Source of the DNA: Clostridiales bacterium
GTDB lineage: Bacteria; Bacillota; Clostridia; Saccharofermentanales; Saccharofermentanaceae
Direction of reading: 5' to 3'
Assembly (NCBI GenBank): GCA_017513085.1
Contig: JAFWDK010000019.1
Coordinates: forward strand, 64,001 to 128,000
DNA length: 64,000 nucleotides
Shown here piece after piece: positions 40,027-49,713 of this stretch. The notes beneath the pieces were generated by a model. It saw only the letters and a program-made list of their open reading frames with translations. It did not search any database and was not told where the DNA came from. The number at the start of each line of letters is the position of its first letter. Position 1 is the first letter of the stretch. The position numbers were made by a program, and so were the translations under genes.

Positions 40027-40110
40027 TAATATGCCGTGATACCAGTCCATGAAATCAAAGATCATATGACATCATATCCGCTGGTCACGGCATCTTTTCA
40101 AATATAGGAA

Positions 40111-40890
40111 TCAACCCAGAGGTGCAATCACCAATTCAATACCGAAATCACGGATCTCTTGTGCCTGCTCATCCGAGATACCGGAATCCGTGATCAGAAC
40201 ATCAATGCGATCCGCCGGAATAAACGAAGAGGTCGAATCCGCATTCAGTTTGCTGGAATCCACCAGTGCGATCCTGCGCTTGCACTTCTCGGCGAAGCGC
40301 TTCTTCAGTTCCAGTTCATAGAAGTTATGTCCGGTAAGTCCGGAAGTCAAGGAGAATCCGTTTCCCGATACAAAATAACTGTCGCCACTGATACGGCGAA
40401 GCATCTCTTCGCAAAGCAGTCCTTCGATCGCTCCGGAATGCGGGCGAAGCACACCGCCCACCAGGACCGTGCGGAAATTACTGTATCTTTGGATCTCCAT
40501 AGCTGTATGGATTCCGTTCGTTACGATAGTAAGATTTTCCAGTTTGCTGATAAATGGAATCATATGAAAAGTTGTGGAACTTGCATCGATGAAGATCGTC
40601 TCACCTTCACGGACAAACTTTCCGGCCTCTCTGCCGATCGCCGTCTTCTCCGCGACACACATCACGCTTCGGCGCATATAGTTTTCCGGTGCGGCAGATT
40701 GCTTTACGGAATCGGAGATCGACGCTCCACCATGAAAACGCACGATCGCGCCTTCACGTTCGAGGTCACGAAGATCACTTCTGACCGTCGCTCCGGTCAC
40801 ACCCAATCTCTCTTCGAGATCGGTCGTTGCCACTCGGCTTTCTTTTTCCAGGATTTCGAGGATTTTCTTCCTTCTGTCAACATTAATCAT
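40111..40890 (-). CDS. DeoR/GlpR-family regulator
   Basis: RRKKILEIL, VTGATVRSDL, HGGA and IFIDASST. True start is at 40890; the ORF-track extension reads through the tRNA. Confidence 0.93.
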   Translation of the reverse strand: MINVDRRKKILEILEKESRVATTDLEERLGVTGATVRSDLRDLEREGAIVRFHGGASISDSVKQSAAPENYMRRSVMCVAEKTAIGREAGKFVREGETIFIDASSTTFHMIPFISKLENLTIVTNGIHTAMEIQRYSNFRTVLVGGVLRPHSGAIEGLLCEEMLRRISGDSYFVSGNGFSLTSGLTGHNFYELELKKRFAEKCKRRIALVDSSKLNADSTSSFIPADRIDVLITDSGISDEQAQEIRDFGIELVIAPLG

Positions 40891-40933
40891 ATCATTCCCA
40901 CCCCTCGTCCTATTCTTTCGTAGAACGCCACAT

Positions 40934-40962
40934 ATGATAAACGCGTTTCTATCGTTTGTCAA
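40934..40962 (-). promoter_or_regulatory. Sigma-A promoter of the DeoR gene
   Basis: TTGACA-17 nt-TATCAT. Upstream TTTTC-N5-CTTTC repeats resemble DeoR/AgaR-type operators. Confidence 0.6.
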
Positions 40963-40994
40963 CGTTTTCTTTTCATTTGCTTTCATTACGAAAT

Positions 40995-41031
40995 AAAAAA
41001 AAGACTGTTTCCACATTTGGGAACAGTCTTT
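40995..41031 (-). terminator. Terminator after tRNA-Gln
   Basis: AAGACTGTTCCC...GGAAACAGTCTT followed by a T run. Confidence 0.85.
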
Positions 41032-41105
41032 TGGCTGCCGAACTAGGATTCGAACCCAGACAGACGGTGCCAGAAACCGGAGTGCTACCCTTACACAATT
41101 CGGCA
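41032..41105 (-). tRNA. tRNA-Gln (anticodon CTG)
   Basis: Acceptor stem TGCCGAA/TTCGGCA, anticodon loop TT-CTG-GC, GGTTCGAATCC T-arm and encoded CCA; promoter TTGCAC-17-TATACT upstream. Confidence 0.95.
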
Positions 41106-41167
41106 ATGTTGTTAATCAACGCTAGAAAGTATACCAAAAGATTTCGGCAAGTGCAATACCTTTTTCT

Positions 41168-41785
41168 TTATTTCCCGGAAGGCCTTGCAGTCGGCATATC
41201 CGGAGCGCCGGAAAGAGGTTTCATCAACCCGAGTTCCTCTGCTTTCTTTCTTACCAACTCAATGTCTTTCCAGAGTTTGATACGCTCGTTATTGTTCCGA
41301 AGGATGTATGCCGGATGAAACGTCGGCATAATATAATACCCGTTCTTCTCCAGGAATTGTCCACGGATCTCCGTCATCTTAGCCATCTTATCCCCGGTAA
41401 AAAGAGTGTAGGCAGTCTTTCCCAGAAGCACTATGATCTTCGGTTTTGAGATCAGGATCTGCTTACCGAGAAGTTTCTTGCAGGCCTTCGCTTCTGCTTC
41501 AGTAGGCACGCGGTTCTCCGGCGGGCGGCACTTCACCACGTTTGCAATATGAAAGTCTTCCATAGAAAAACCCTGCGCATCCAAAAGAAGCTGTAAGAGC
41601 TGACCTGCCTGGCCGACAAACGGGAGACCCTGCTCATCCTCGTTGGCACCGGGACCTTCTCCGATAAACATGATCGGAGCCACCACGCTGCCACGATAGA
41701 TCACAACGTTTTTTCTGGTTTCGGAAAGCGGACATGCCTGACAATTCCGACACTCTTCAACAAAATCGTTCCAGGATATTTTCAT
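41168..41785 (-). CDS. Uracil-DNA glycosylase family 4 (Fe-S)
   Basis: [23 protein letters not shown] and TFHPAY. Confidence 0.93.
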   Translation of the reverse strand: MKISWNDFVEECRNCQACPLSETRKNVVIYRGSVVAPIMFIGEGPGANEDEQGLPFVGQAGQLLQLLLDAQGFSMEDFHIANVVKCRPPENRVPTEAEAKACKKLLGKQILISKPKIIVLLGKTAYTLFTGDKMAKMTEIRGQFLEKNGYYIMPTFHPAYILRNNNERIKLWKDIELVRKKAEELGLMKPLSGAPDMPTARPSGK

Positions 41786-41802
41786 AAGATCACCAACAGG
41801 TT

Positions 41803-42147
41803 TTAACGCAAAACAACAACAGTAATACCATCGTTACCCTTGGCCCAATCCGGGTCATTACGGAAAGCGGGACACGCCTCCACGATGGATCTTCCCAAAG
41901 TCTCGAAAGGACCGAACTGCTCACCCGGGCAGAATGCACGGATACGTCCCTCATCTTTCATGGTACGAAGCAATTCCAGTGTAGCCGTCTTGATCACACC
42001 GCCTTTACCTGTGGAACCATAACCATGTACAACCTTGACCTGGTTGACTCCGACACGGCGCAAAGTATTCAGTTCCAAACGCAATTTACGAATGGCAACA
42101 TCGACTTTCGGCATTCCTTCTTTGATATTGATGATACTTGCGGCCAT
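41803..42147 (-). CDS. Stand-alone Smr-domain protein
   Basis: VVHGYGS.GKGG and C-terminal NDGITVV. Confidence 0.85.
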   Translation of the reverse strand: MAASIINIKEGMPKVDVAIRKLRLELNTLRRVGVNQVKVVHGYGSTGKGGVIKTATLELLRTMKDEGRIRAFCPGEQFGPFETLGRSIVEACPAFRNDPDWAKGNDGITVVVLR

Positions 42148-42241
42148 AATATACCTCTACTCTCGACTTACACAATTATTATATCACATTTTTCATTTTT
42201 TTCATGTTTGAAAGTGTAGGCATTTTGCTATAATAGCAGAC

Positions 42242-42958
42242 ATGAGGATCGATAAAATTTTGGCAAATTCAGGCTATGGTACACGCTCGCAAGTAAAGGA
42301 ATTCTTGCGATCCGGTCGTGTTACGCTCAACGGAGAAGTCGTCTCCGACCCGGGTTTTTCCGTATTTGACAAAGATATTTCCTCCATCTGTCTGGATGGT
42401 TCGCCGATAGCGGCTTCCCAGCATCTGTATTTTTGTTTAAATAAGCCTGACGGCTATCTTACTGCTATGAGCGACGACCGTCTGCCTTGCGTAGGTGATC
42501 TTCTTCCTGATCATTTGAAAACGAAAAAACTTGCTCCGGTCGGACGATTGGATTATCACACGACAGGGGTCCTTCTCATTACCAACGACGGCGATCTGTC
42601 CCATAAGCTCACCAGTCCGAAATGGCACAAAGAAAAAGTTTACCTGGTCTCCTACGAGGGAGAAGCTCTCACGGAAAAAGAAGTCGAGTCCTTCTCGAAA
42701 GGGATCACGCTACTCGAGAAAGGTCATGAACCGGAAAGATTGAAGCCGGCTAAACTGATCCTTCTGTCACCCGGCCAATGCCGCCTGGTACTGACGGAAG
42801 GAAAGACACATCAGGTCAAGCGCATGCTCGCATCCCAGGGCCGAAGCGTCGTTGCCCTGCACAGAGAGAGCATCGGATCGCTGCGTCTTCACGAGGGACA
42901 AAAGCCTGGAGAAATGTATGCGTTAAGCAGCGAAGAAATCGACTCGCTAAAAGACTAA
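42242..42958 (+). CDS. rsuA: RsuA-family rRNA pseudouridine synthase
   Basis: S4 domain MRIDK, LNKP, GRLD and TEGKTHQVKRM. Confidence 0.9.
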   Translation: MRIDKILANSGYGTRSQVKEFLRSGRVTLNGEVVSDPGFSVFDKDISSICLDGSPIAASQHLYFCLNKPDGYLTAMSDDRLPCVGDLLPDHLKTKKLAPVGRLDYHTTGVLLITNDGDLSHKLTSPKWHKEKVYLVSYEGEALTEKEVESFSKGITLLEKGHEPERLKPAKLILLSPGQCRLVLTEGKTHQVKRMLASQGRSVVALHRESIGSLRLHEGQKPGEMYALSSEEIDSLKD

Positions 42959-42961
42959 GTA

Positions 42962-44014
42962 TCAATCGTTGGACTCAGCATATGGATGAAGCTCGAGGTA
43001 ATCCTTACGGATCTTATCCATATCTTTCAGCATGTTCATAAGGAACTCTTTTGAACGGTCCAATTCATCACCGCCTGCATTGAGTCCGATCACGATCGAA
43101 GTATCGGATTCTTTCCAGAGAACCGAAACACCCAGTGCTTTTTGATCGATCTTATCCTTGATGATAAATCCATAGACATGCTCTTCATAGGATTTTTCAG
43201 TCAATTCTGGAAGTTCGACGCCGCTGGATGCGATCTTATCTCCGAATTCTTCTACGAAGCGGGCCTGCGAGTAAATGTACGGCTGAATATGCGCAAGCTC
43301 CTCCTGTGTCCAGGTATTCTTCATCTGCTCATAAAGGTCATCCAGAGAAAGCATGGTCTCACTGGAAACATAGCTCGGTACGGTATACGCATCGTAGATC
43401 AGAATAGACGGTCGGACTGCCATCAGTCCGGCTTCACGCTGAAGCGCATATACATCGATCTCCGCGCCTTCCTGATTATCCGAGACTACATCGACATAAG
43501 TCACTTCCGGATTTTTAAATGAGGAATGCGAAGTAGTGATATCGCTAAGGATGCTCGCATCCACATCAAAATGACCGATACCGGTAACACGGACATCCAG
43601 ACGAGGGCTGAGGAAAAAGAACCGGACAACCGCTACAAGAAATATTATGACAGCGATCGCGACCACGAACTTCGCCCACTCGTAATGGAAGAACTCTCCC
43701 CACTGCTTCTTACTCTTTCCGAAATACCGCTTGGCGGAAGCCGCCTCTTTCTCTTCCGCGGCTTCTCTGTCACGTCTTCCGGAAGCAATATGATACGCAG
43801 CAGAAATGTCTGCCAGTTTCTGTTCATTCTTCTGTGCCTTATAGGTCTTTCCAAGTTTCCAGAAACGATCGTCCAGATCGCTTCTTTTCGCCCACGGGGG
43901 AAGATCAAAATAATTCAGCGCCTCTTCCTTGGTCATGCTCTCGATGCTCGGATCAGGGCGGATCGGTTCCTCCTTGGGCTCAACATTATTGTTCTGTGGT
44001 TCTTTATCAGCCAT
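42962..44014 (-). CDS. Membrane protein with degenerate J-like N-terminus and large extracytoplasmic domain
   Basis: EALNYFDLP...LDDRFWKL...LADISAAYHI, then one TM; alternative start at 44035. Confidence 0.7.
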   Translation of the reverse strand: MADKEPQNNNVEPKEEPIRPDPSIESMTKEEALNYFDLPPWAKRSDLDDRFWKLGKTYKAQKNEQKLADISAAYHIASGRRDREAAEEKEAASAKRYFGKSKKQWGEFFHYEWAKFVVAIAVIIFLVAVVRFFFLSPRLDVRVTGIGHFDVDASILSDITTSHSSFKNPEVTYVDVVSDNQEGAEIDVYALQREAGLMAVRPSILIYDAYTVPSYVSSETMLSLDDLYEQMKNTWTQEELAHIQPYIYSQARFVEEFGDKIASSGVELPELTEKSYEEHVYGFIIKDKIDQKALGVSVLWKESDTSIVIGLNAGGDELDRSKEFLMNMLKDMDKIRKDYLELHPYAESND

Positions 44015-44079
44015 TCTTTTTCCCTTATTGTCCATTCTTTCTTTTCAGATGGAAAAGCACGCAATCTGCGTGCCTTCCG

Positions 44080-44793
44080 TTATTTTTTCTTCATTTCTCT
44101 CTTGAAAGCTCTGAAGTCCGCTAACGCCGCCCAGCCGATCTTGAAGATCTTCTTAATGTTGATGGAGTTCTTGCCTCCTTGTCTGGGTTTGAACGTAATC
44201 ACACGGAGCGTATAGTTCTCTTTATAGTAAGCAAAGAATGTGGTCAGCATAACGTTCGGAAGATTGTAGTCTTCTCTGAACCGCCCCACATATTTATTGA
44301 CCAGCGTGCTCTTCATGAGACGGAAAGGAGCATTGGAATCCTTCACTTTAACACCGAAATGCAATCTGAGCAGGAAGCAGAGGAACTTCTCGACGAACTT
44401 TCTTGATTTTCCATCCCCACGGACCACACGGTTTCCGAGGATCGCATCATACTGATTTCTCAATTCCCAGAAAGCCTGGAATTCATTCGGATCTGTCTGA
44501 CCATCCGAGTCAGTCTGAAAAATATAATCCGCGCCGTTAGCCACCGCATACTTATACATCGCGATCAGCTTCGGACCATGCTGCTTGAGGCAGTCTGACA
44601 TGATCTCCAGCTTCGGGTACTTCTGTTGTAAGGAGACCAGGATCTCATGCGTTCTATCCGAACTGCCGCTATCTGCCACAACCATCCGGGAGCCCTCTCC
44701 CTTATCTTCAATGATCGGATACCAGTCACTTACGACTTTCTCGATATTGGCTTCCTCATTATATGCCGGCATTACAATATAAAGATTATCCAT
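44080..44793 (-). CDS. GT2 glycosyltransferase (DPM/GtrB-like)
   Basis: VMPAYNEE, DSGSSD, TDSDGQ and DSNAPFRL; GGAG RBS before MDNL. Confidence 0.9.
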   Translation of the reverse strand: MDNLYIVMPAYNEEANIEKVVSDWYPIIEDKGEGSRMVVADSGSSDRTHEILVSLQQKYPKLEIMSDCLKQHGPKLIAMYKYAVANGADYIFQTDSDGQTDPNEFQAFWELRNQYDAILGNRVVRGDGKSRKFVEKFLCFLLRLHFGVKVKDSNAPFRLMKSTLVNKYVGRFREDYNLPNVMLTTFFAYYKENYTLRVITFKPRQGGKNSINIKKIFKIGWAALADFRAFKREMKKK

Positions 44794-44854
44794 ATTCCGT
44801 GCTCCTGTGTTCGCTTGATTATCTTTTATTATATCATTGCTTGTCCGGTTTGTG

Positions 44855-45979
44855 TCAGGCAAGTTCTCTCTTCACAAGCGCCAACGCCGAGGCAACGACA
44901 GCGTCCATGTCATAGTACTTGTACTCGCCCAGACGTCCGCCGAAAATGACCTTCTGTTCTTTATCTGCGAGTTCGCGGTACTTGGCGTAAAGCGCACCAT
45001 TTGCTTCGTCATTCACCGGGTAATACGGCTCGTCGCCCGGCTTCCACTCGGAACTGTACTCACGGCTGATCACGGTCTTCGGAAGATCACGGCCTTCTTC
45101 ATCCTTACCAAATGTAAACCACTTATGCTCAATGATCCTTGTCCAGGGTGTTTCCCGATCAGTATAGTTCACTGCCGCGTTGCCCTGGAAATTCGGCTTA
45201 TCCAGCAGTTCGTTCTCGAATCTTACCGAGCGGTACTGAAGATAACCCAGGGAGAATGCATAATAAGCATCGATCGGTCCGGTGAACAGGACCTTGTCAG
45301 CCATCGCATTCCACTTCTCCTTATCATCCAGATAATTCGTATTCAAGCGCACCTCGATACCTTCGAGCATGTTTTCGACCATCTTGGTGTAACCCTTGGT
45401 CGGAATACCCTGATAAAGAGCATTGAAATAGTTATTGTCAAAAGTCAGGCGTACCGGAAGGCGCTTGATGATAAACGCCGGCAAGTCTTTGCAGTCACGC
45501 CCCCACTGCTTTTCCGTATAACCCTTTACCAGTTTTTCAAAGATGTCACGGCCCACCAACGAAATCGCCTGCTCCTCCAGATTGGAAGGTTCTTTGCCCG
45601 CCATCTCGGCTTTCTGTTCATCGATCTTCGCCTGTGCCTCTTCCGGCGTCACAACGCCCCACATTTTATTAAACGTGTACATATTGAACGGCAAAGAGAA
45701 AAGCTCTCCTTTATAGTTCGCGACCGGACTATTGGTAAAGCGGTTAAAAGCGGTAAACTGATTCAGATAGTTCCATACTTCTTCATTGTTCGTATGGAAA
45801 ATATGCGCACCATAAGTATGGACTTTGATCCCTTCCACATCTTCGCAGTAGACATTTCCGGCAATGTGCGGACGCTTCTCGATCACCAGCACACTCTTGC
45901 CGCGCGCTTTTGCCTCATGAGCAAAAACTGCTCCGAAAAGACCTGCTCCTACTACCAGATAATCATACTTATTTTCCAT
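44855..45979 (-). CDS. glf: UDP-galactopyranose mutase
   Basis: VVGAGLFG, HTYGAHIFHT, RIIEHK, PYYP and GRLGEYKYYDMD. Confidence 0.97.
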   Translation of the reverse strand: MENKYDYLVVGAGLFGAVFAHEAKARGKSVLVIEKRPHIAGNVYCEDVEGIKVHTYGAHIFHTNNEEVWNYLNQFTAFNRFTNSPVANYKGELFSLPFNMYTFNKMWGVVTPEEAQAKIDEQKAEMAGKEPSNLEEQAISLVGRDIFEKLVKGYTEKQWGRDCKDLPAFIIKRLPVRLTFDNNYFNALYQGIPTKGYTKMVENMLEGIEVRLNTNYLDDKEKWNAMADKVLFTGPIDAYYAFSLGYLQYRSVRFENELLDKPNFQGNAAVNYTDRETPWTRIIEHKWFTFGKDEEGRDLPKTVISREYSSEWKPGDEPYYPVNDEANGALYAKYRELADKEQKVIFGGRLGEYKYYDMDAVVASALALVKRELA

Positions 45980-46721
45980 TCTGCTTCGCCGCCTTTCTTC
46001 TTTCCCGACGCAATGCGGAAACTTTTTTTCTTATTTTAAATGTATCCTTGAACACCAGCCAGATGTCCGAAAACTTGATTCGGGAAAAACCACCCTGTCT
46101 CGTAAACACAAGGCGGATCGGTCTCTCGATGATTTTAGCGCCTAATTCATTCGCCACCGCTAGGATCTCAATATCGTACGCAAAGCCCTTCGTCATAACA
46201 TCTTCTATTATACCCTTAAGAAGACCGGCCTTAAAAAGCTTAATGCCGGTTTGCGTATCATGTACTTTCAACCGGAAAAGCACCCGCAGCATGACGTAAT
46301 AGCCGAAGCTGACAAATTTTCTGATAAAAGGATACTCCAATTGCGATTCTTTATGCATCTTGGACCCGATCACCACATCTGCCTGCTCGGATTCCATGTG
46401 TTTCAGAAAATCTTCGAAGTGATCCGGTGAAAGATCCAGATCCGAATCGAGAAACGCAATATTCTCTCCTTGCGCGGCTTTGACGCCCTGCTTGATGGCA
46501 TTGCCCTTACCGCCGTTCGGCTGATAGGTCACGACCTTGATCCGATCGCACTCGGCTTTCGCTTTTTCCATTTCTTCCAGCGTATTGTCTTTACTGCCGT
46601 CATTCACACAAACGATCTCAAAATCTTCGCAGAACGAAGAAATGATCCGGTTCGTCTCCAGAAGATTCGCATAAATGTGCTCACCTTCGTTATAAGCCGG
46701 CATTACTACAGACAAAATCAT
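45969..46721 (-). CDS. GT2 polyprenyl-phosphate glycosyltransferase-like
   Basis: MPAYNE, NDGSKD, NGGKG, DSDLD, DTQTG and FAYDIE. Confidence 0.9.
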   Translation of the reverse strand: MILSVVMPAYNEGEHIYANLLETNRIISSFCEDFEIVCVNDGSKDNTLEEMEKAKAECDRIKVVTYQPNGGKGNAIKQGVKAAQGENIAFLDSDLDLSPDHFEDFLKHMESEQADVVIGSKMHKESQLEYPFIRKFVSFGYYVMLRVLFRLKVHDTQTGIKLFKAGLLKGIIEDVMTKGFAYDIEILAVANELGAKIIERPIRLVFTRQGGFSRIKFSDIWLVFKDTFKIRKKVSALRRERRKAAKQNGK

Positions 46722-48364
46722 ACATATCCTCCCTGTTCGATCCGGTTCGTCTCTGACATATAGATCAGAAACGGTCCGGACGATGTTACAAAAGTATATT
46801 CAGACAATAATGTTTCCGGGACCCGTACGACCGAGTTGACGGAAACGATCAGCATATTTCTCTTTGGTGCGTCGGTCAGGTAATCGAAATAAAGATAATC
46901 TCCGCCCTCGTGAAAAACACTTACCGGATTCCAGCCCGCCAGCGTCTTATAAACATGGTCGGTATCGATCACCCGGAAGTTTCTCGTTTCCAGGGCAATG
47001 TCCCCGCCATATCCGTAGATCACGTCCGGAGCCTGTTCTTCCACGATCTTCATGACCGCATCGTATGCATCTACATCGATGGTTCTGTTATTATACAACC
47101 GATGGTCCAGTATGTGGGAACCAAGGACTGCCAACAGAAGCACTATCATACCAATATACTTGAAAAGTGCCCGCGAGGAAAGAGAATCCACAAAAAAACC
47201 ACATGAAAGTGTCATAACGATCAATACGGGGATAAGATAGCGGTACTCGAATATCTTCGCGGAATACGTCATTTTCAGAAGGAAAAACATCAGAACATTA
47301 AGTCCTGTCAGAAACACAAAAAACGCCTGCGGCACCGACTCGGAGAAGTGCTTTTTCGTATGTCTGCAAAGCATAACAAAAGATAAAAGGAGAACCGTGG
47401 TAACCACCAGAGCGAGAATGTAGTCTATGCCGTTTCGGGAAAAGACCTGTACAGCTCCCGCTTCGGATGTCGGCAGGGATCCGGTCAGCTGAAGGAATCC
47501 AAGGAATACGGAGGAGATGTTTTTTCCGAGATTTTCCAGCGGTATCAGCTCCATTAGGCTGTCGCGGCTCTCAAATTCGATAGCGTATTTCTGAAGGATC
47601 TTTCCAAGAAGCGTTGCGGCAAGCGCAATATAGAAAAAGCAAGCCAAGGATCGTCTTGCGATGGACAGATCATTCTTGACACAGATCATTACGATCAGGA
47701 GTACGAATAACGGAAGCAAAACAGTCACCGCCATATAAAAGCCGCTGGAAAGAGCCGTGAGAAAGAGCATGAGCTCGGTGGCAATGAAAAGGACCAGTTT
47801 GGACCGCTTCGGTTTTTCTCCGTCTTTTAGATCTATGATCACTTTTATCACCATCAGAAGGATACACATCTTAACGATACATGCGCCGAAATTGACGAAC
47901 ATGCAGGAATAGTAGCCCAGGTCATTGGCGTTGTTGAACGTGATATCCAGATAACTCATTGAAACAAGGTTCAGCGAGACGGCTCTGGCAAGAAGGCTGA
48001 ATTTCAAACCTTTCATAACAAAATAGAAAAGCAGGAAAAAAGCGATATCAAAAAACCACACCGCTAATCCATAAGCCAGAAACAAGTCCTTGATAAAAGA
48101 ATGAAAGAATGCCGCCAGCGGGATCGGTGTGTCGAACTGCAGTGTCGTCGTCTCCATAAAGTCAGAAATAAACAGTGTCTTCTGCTTTGTCATCTCTGAA
48201 GCTTTCAGAAGCGAGGCGCTTGCATCAAAACCAAGATGGCTTCTGGTCATAAAAAGACAATCGTAAGAAAGAAAAATAAACTGCATAATAAAACACAGAA
48301 AAAACAACAACATGAAAACATCTTCGGCACGGAATCGTTTCAGTCGTTTTTTCAGTTCCATCAT
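46718..48364 (-). CDS. Polytopic GT-C-like membrane glycosyltransferase
   Basis: About 12 TM segments, a D after TM1 (GFDAS), a YRY motif and a C-terminal external domain; coupled to a GT2. Confidence 0.65.
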   Translation of the reverse strand: MMELKKRLKRFRAEDVFMLLFFLCFIMQFIFLSYDCLFMTRSHLGFDASASLLKASEMTKQKTLFISDFMETTTLQFDTPIPLAAFFHSFIKDLFLAYGLAVWFFDIAFFLLFYFVMKGLKFSLLARAVSLNLVSMSYLDITFNNANDLGYYSCMFVNFGACIVKMCILLMVIKVIIDLKDGEKPKRSKLVLFIATELMLFLTALSSGFYMAVTVLLPLFVLLIVMICVKNDLSIARRSLACFFYIALAATLLGKILQKYAIEFESRDSLMELIPLENLGKNISSVFLGFLQLTGSLPTSEAGAVQVFSRNGIDYILALVVTTVLLLSFVMLCRHTKKHFSESVPQAFFVFLTGLNVLMFFLLKMTYSAKIFEYRYLIPVLIVMTLSCGFFVDSLSSRALFKYIGMIVLLLAVLGSHILDHRLYNNRTIDVDAYDAVMKIVEEQAPDVIYGYGGDIALETRNFRVIDTDHVYKTLAGWNPVSVFHEGGDYLYFDYLTDAPKRNMLIVSVNSVVRVPETLLSEYTFVTSSGPFLIYMSETNRIEQGGYV

Positions 48365-48440
48365 GCTTCTCCTTCCGCATTTTTGACCAAATAATATTTT
48401 ACCATCATTCGGGATACTCTTGCAATTTACAGGATTTATC

Positions 48441-48483
48441 AAAAAAGACTGCCCCGTTTCCCGAAAAGGAAACAAGGCAGTCT
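48441..48483 (-). terminator. Terminator after the sugar permease
   Basis: AGACTGCCTTGTTTCC / GGAAACGGGGCAGTCT followed by TTTT. Confidence 0.85.
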
Positions 48484-48513
48484 GAAAAACCGTAAACAGG
48501 ATCGGAATTCCGA

Positions 48514-49713
48514 TCAGGTATTCTTCGCCAGAAGCTTACCGCCACGCTTACTTACTACGTCGAAGATAACCGCAGCGAGAAGAACGAGACCTTTTACGAC
48601 CTTCTGCATGTTCTGGTCAACGCCCATGGAGAACATACCGAGGTTGATGACACCCATAAGAAGGGCACCAATGATAACGCCCGGAACTGTTCCGATTCCG
48701 CCGTAAGCGGAAGCACCACCGATGAAGCAGGATGCGATAGCGTCCATCTCATAGTTCTGACCATATGTCGGCTGAGCCGATGTCATACGGGCAATGGTGA
48801 TCATGCCGGCCAAAGCAGAGAGCAGACCCATGTTTGTGTATGCCAGGAAGTAAACCTTGTTCGTGTTGATACCGGAAAGCTTGGTTGCCTTCTCGTTACC
48901 ACCTACCGCATAGAAATAACGGCCGGTAGTGGTATTCGATGTAATGTAAGAATAGATGATGATAACACCGATAACGATCAGCAGAACGTTCGGGATACCC
49001 TTATGCTGTGCAAGACGGAATCCGAAAACAGCAATAACCAGAGAAATGACGATCAGCTTTGCGCACCACGGTGCAAACTTCTCGACTTCATACTGCTTCT
49101 TCACACGCTTTCTTCTGCTGTTCACTGTAATGAAAACATAAATCGCGATAGCGATCGCAGAAGCCAGAACACATGTGATATTTACGGAGTTGTCACCGAA
49201 AAAGTCCGGAACATAGCAGTTAGCACCACCACCGAAAGTTTTTACGAATCCTGTATAATTCTGAAGAGAAACTGTCATACCGTTCAGCACAACATTACTC
49301 AATCCACGGAAAATCAACATACCGGACAATGTTACGATAAAAGGCGGAATACGCACATGTGCGATCCAGAAAGCCTGCCAGGCACCGATCAATGTACCGA
49401 TGACAAACATAATGATTACTGTAAGCACCGGGTTCATGTGGACAGAATCAAGGAGTTTCGCACCGACTGCGCCGACAAAACAAACTACCGAACCAACGGA
49501 AAGATCGATGTTACCACCCGTCAGGATGCAAAGGAGCATACCGGTGGCCAGTACGAATACATAAGCGTTCTGGGAAATCAGGTTACTAACGTTACTTGGC
49601 AGAAGGATCGCGCCTCCTGTCTGAATACTAAAGAAAATGATGACCAGGATCAACACGATGACCATGGTGTACTTATTGATGAAACCAAGTACTTTGTTTT
49701 TACTATTCATCAT
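48514..49713 (-). CDS. gguB: Multiple monosaccharide ABC permease (GguB/MmsB)
   Basis: [20 protein letters not shown] and YEMDAIA. Confidence 0.9.
   Translation of the reverse strand: MMNSKNKVLGFINKYTMVIVLILVIIFFSIQTGGAILLPSNVSNLISQNAYVFVLATGMLLCILTGGNIDLSVGSVVCFVGAVGAKLLDSVHMNPVLTVIIMFVIGTLIGAWQAFWIAHVRIPPFIVTLSGMLIFRGLSNVVLNGMTVSLQNYTGFVKTFGGGANCYVPDFFGDNSVNITCVLASAIAIAIYVFITVNSRRKRVKKQYEVEKFAPWCAKLIVISLVIAVFGFRLAQHKGIPNVLLIVIGVIIIYSYITSNTTTGRYFYAVGGNEKATKLSGINTNKVYFLAYTNMGLLSALAGMITIARMTSAQPTYGQNYEMDAIASCFIGGASAYGGIGTVPGVIIGALLMGVINLGMFSMGVDQNMQKVVKGLVLLAAVIFDVVSKRGGKLLAKNT

Noticed and set aside
41032-41105. tRNA-Gln as an integration site
   Set aside because: No duplicate of its 3' end and no integrase were seen; the terminator follows immediately.
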